DNA of 64,000 nucleotides from assembly GCA_002269645.1 (NCBI GenBank), contig NIVC01000392.1, positions 1 through 64,000 on the forward strand, given 5' to 3'. Source of the DNA: Macrostomum lignano. Lineage: Eukaryota. The position numbers and the translations under genes are program-made. The notes beneath the pieces are model-generated. The model did no database searches and had not been told where the DNA came from. It worked only from the letters and a program-made list of their open reading frames with translations. The first letter of the stretch is position 1. The number at the start of each line of letters is the position of its first letter. Shown in pieces: positions 62,400 to 64,000 of this stretch.

Positions 62400-62880
62400 T
62401 TTTTAAGTTTTATATCTGAGTAATAATCTCATATAAACATGATAACTCATGTTTTTCATGTTTCTTGTTAATATCTGCTACTTCCACTCATGTCCTTTCA
62501 TATCTGAGTAATGTATATCATATAAACATGATAATTCATGTTTTTCATATTTCATGTCAATATCTGCTACTTCCAGTCATGTCCTTTCATATCTGAGTAA
62601 TGTATATCATATAAACATGATAATTCATGTTTTTCATGTTTCATGTCAATATCTGCTATTTCCAGTCATGTCCTTTCATATCTGAGTAATGTATATCATA
62701 TAAACATGATAATTCATGTTTTTCATGTTTCTTGTCAATATCTGTTACTTCCACTCATGTCCTTTCATATCTGAGTAATGTATATCATATAAACATGATA
62801 ATTCATGTTTTTCATGTTTCATGTCAATATCTGCTACTTCCAGTCATGTCCTTTCATATCTGAGTAGTAATTCATGGTTT
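62400..62880. repeat. 89-bp AT-rich tandem repeat, ~5.5 copies
   Basis: TGTCCTTTCA at 62491, 62580, 62669, 62758, 62847. Confidence 0.92.
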
Positions 62881-63088
62881 TCCTGTTTTTTCTTATCTTC
62901 AATGCGAGGATTCACTTAACCAAGTCCAGTATTTGCTTAGTAGAGTTTGTTTAAGTAAGAAAAAGTGAAGTAAATGTGACTGTACACTTGTCTTTTATGT
63001 CACTATGTTTCTGTCAACGCTTTGAAGTTATTTTTGATGTTATGGAAGCATGTTTTTGCATGTAATAAAAGTTATAATTCATTTCAGG

Positions 63089-63585
63089 CTTTCATTAACG
63101 ATCCTTTTTCGGTCTTTGAGCCAAAAGGAGAACTGCCCTTACCCTTTCCGGACAAGGAAGTGGTCGTCGGCATCAGACTAACAGCGACTTGTGTTCGTGT
63201 AGCTGCTCAGATCCTAAACATTCCACTGTCCGGTTCTCTGCTTCGAAGGGCTCCTGGAACGAATGTCAATTATATTTCGGAAAATGGTTTAGCTCTGGCC
63301 TACCGTGATGGTGTAGCAATTTTTCGACATAGAAAAAAATCATTGAATTGTCACCAAGACCATTCCAAGCGAGCGAAAGCGGCTGCTGCCGGAAAAGAGT
63401 GGTTGAAACATAATGGTTGGAAGTTGGAAGAAGAGAGTTCGCAGCTTTCAGCTGTGATTGCAAAGCAGCATGTAACAAAGGCACTTGATCATCTGGAGTT
63501 GGCTGTATCCGTAGCTCCTGATGAAATACGTAGTATAATTCAAATATCTGTTGCGTGTGTGCATCAGGTAAAAAAGCGTGATTGA
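63089..63585 (+). CDS. Possible exon/ORF of unknown function, followed by a (Q[RQ]ELEK)n-type 18-bp repeat (63640-63775)
   Basis: Acceptor-like catttcag at 63081-63088 and a long open frame; no family recognised. Confidence 0.35.
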
Positions 63586-64000
63586 TTCTACTCAATTGTC
63601 TACTGCGAGGGGAGCAGAATTTGAGCAGGGAGAGTCAGAAGTGGAAAAGCAGCGAGAACTGGAGAAGCAGCAAGAGCTGGAGAAGCAGCGAGAACTGGAG
63701 AAGCAGCGAGAACTGGAGAAGCAGCGAGAACTAGAGAAGCAGCAAGAGCAGGAGAAGCAGAAAGAGCTGGAGAATGAGGTTAGCTTTCTTAGCTAATTTT
63801 CTTAGCTAATGTTTTTGAATTTGCTGACACCAGTGAGGTGGGGCGGATTCATCGTTTGAATTGCCACCGGCGTTGAGTTTGCACGAATAAAACCGGAAAA
63901 ACGCGCAGACGAATCACAACAAAATTTCTTCTCCTGTTTTACTCCGACAGCCGGGTTCTCAAGTCCGGGGGGAGGGTAGTCGTAATCGTAGCGGAGCGGT

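Overview
Eukaryotic (animal) genomic DNA. The GC/CAG-rich exons and minisatellite-filled introns resemble a free-living flatworm such as Macrostomum, but the species is inferred, not shown. Bases 1-17.3 kb are host genes: the 3' end of an unidentified + strand gene, then three consecutive minus-strand genes (a Gln-rich coiled-coil protein, a 4-exon Misato/MSTO1, and an intronless TTLL7-type polyglutamylase with 16 D[DE]xPVG motifs). Every intron modelled here holds its own tandem repeat. From ~20.7 kb on the window is a nest of mobile elements: an 8-bp-TSD MITE, two decayed Gypsy retrotransposons, four ~3-kb CT-rich non-autonomous Helitrons (three in head-to-tail tandem), two hAT-like MITEs and a MULE fragment. 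The main object is a 10,200-bp Maverick/Polinton-type endogenous virus (38947-49146) with 554-bp TIRs and a 6-bp TSD (AAGACT) confirmed by three empty-site paralogues in the same window. It carries integrase, major and minor capsid proteins, adenain protease, packaging ATPase, two putative core/lytic proteins and a candidate SSB, all on one strand. It has no protein-primed DNA polymerase and no space for one. It sits inside a Helitron, which sits inside a Gypsy element. Single-base frameshifts occur in both host and viral genes, so they may be assembly errors. Protein family calls come from motif recognition by eye; no database search was run.
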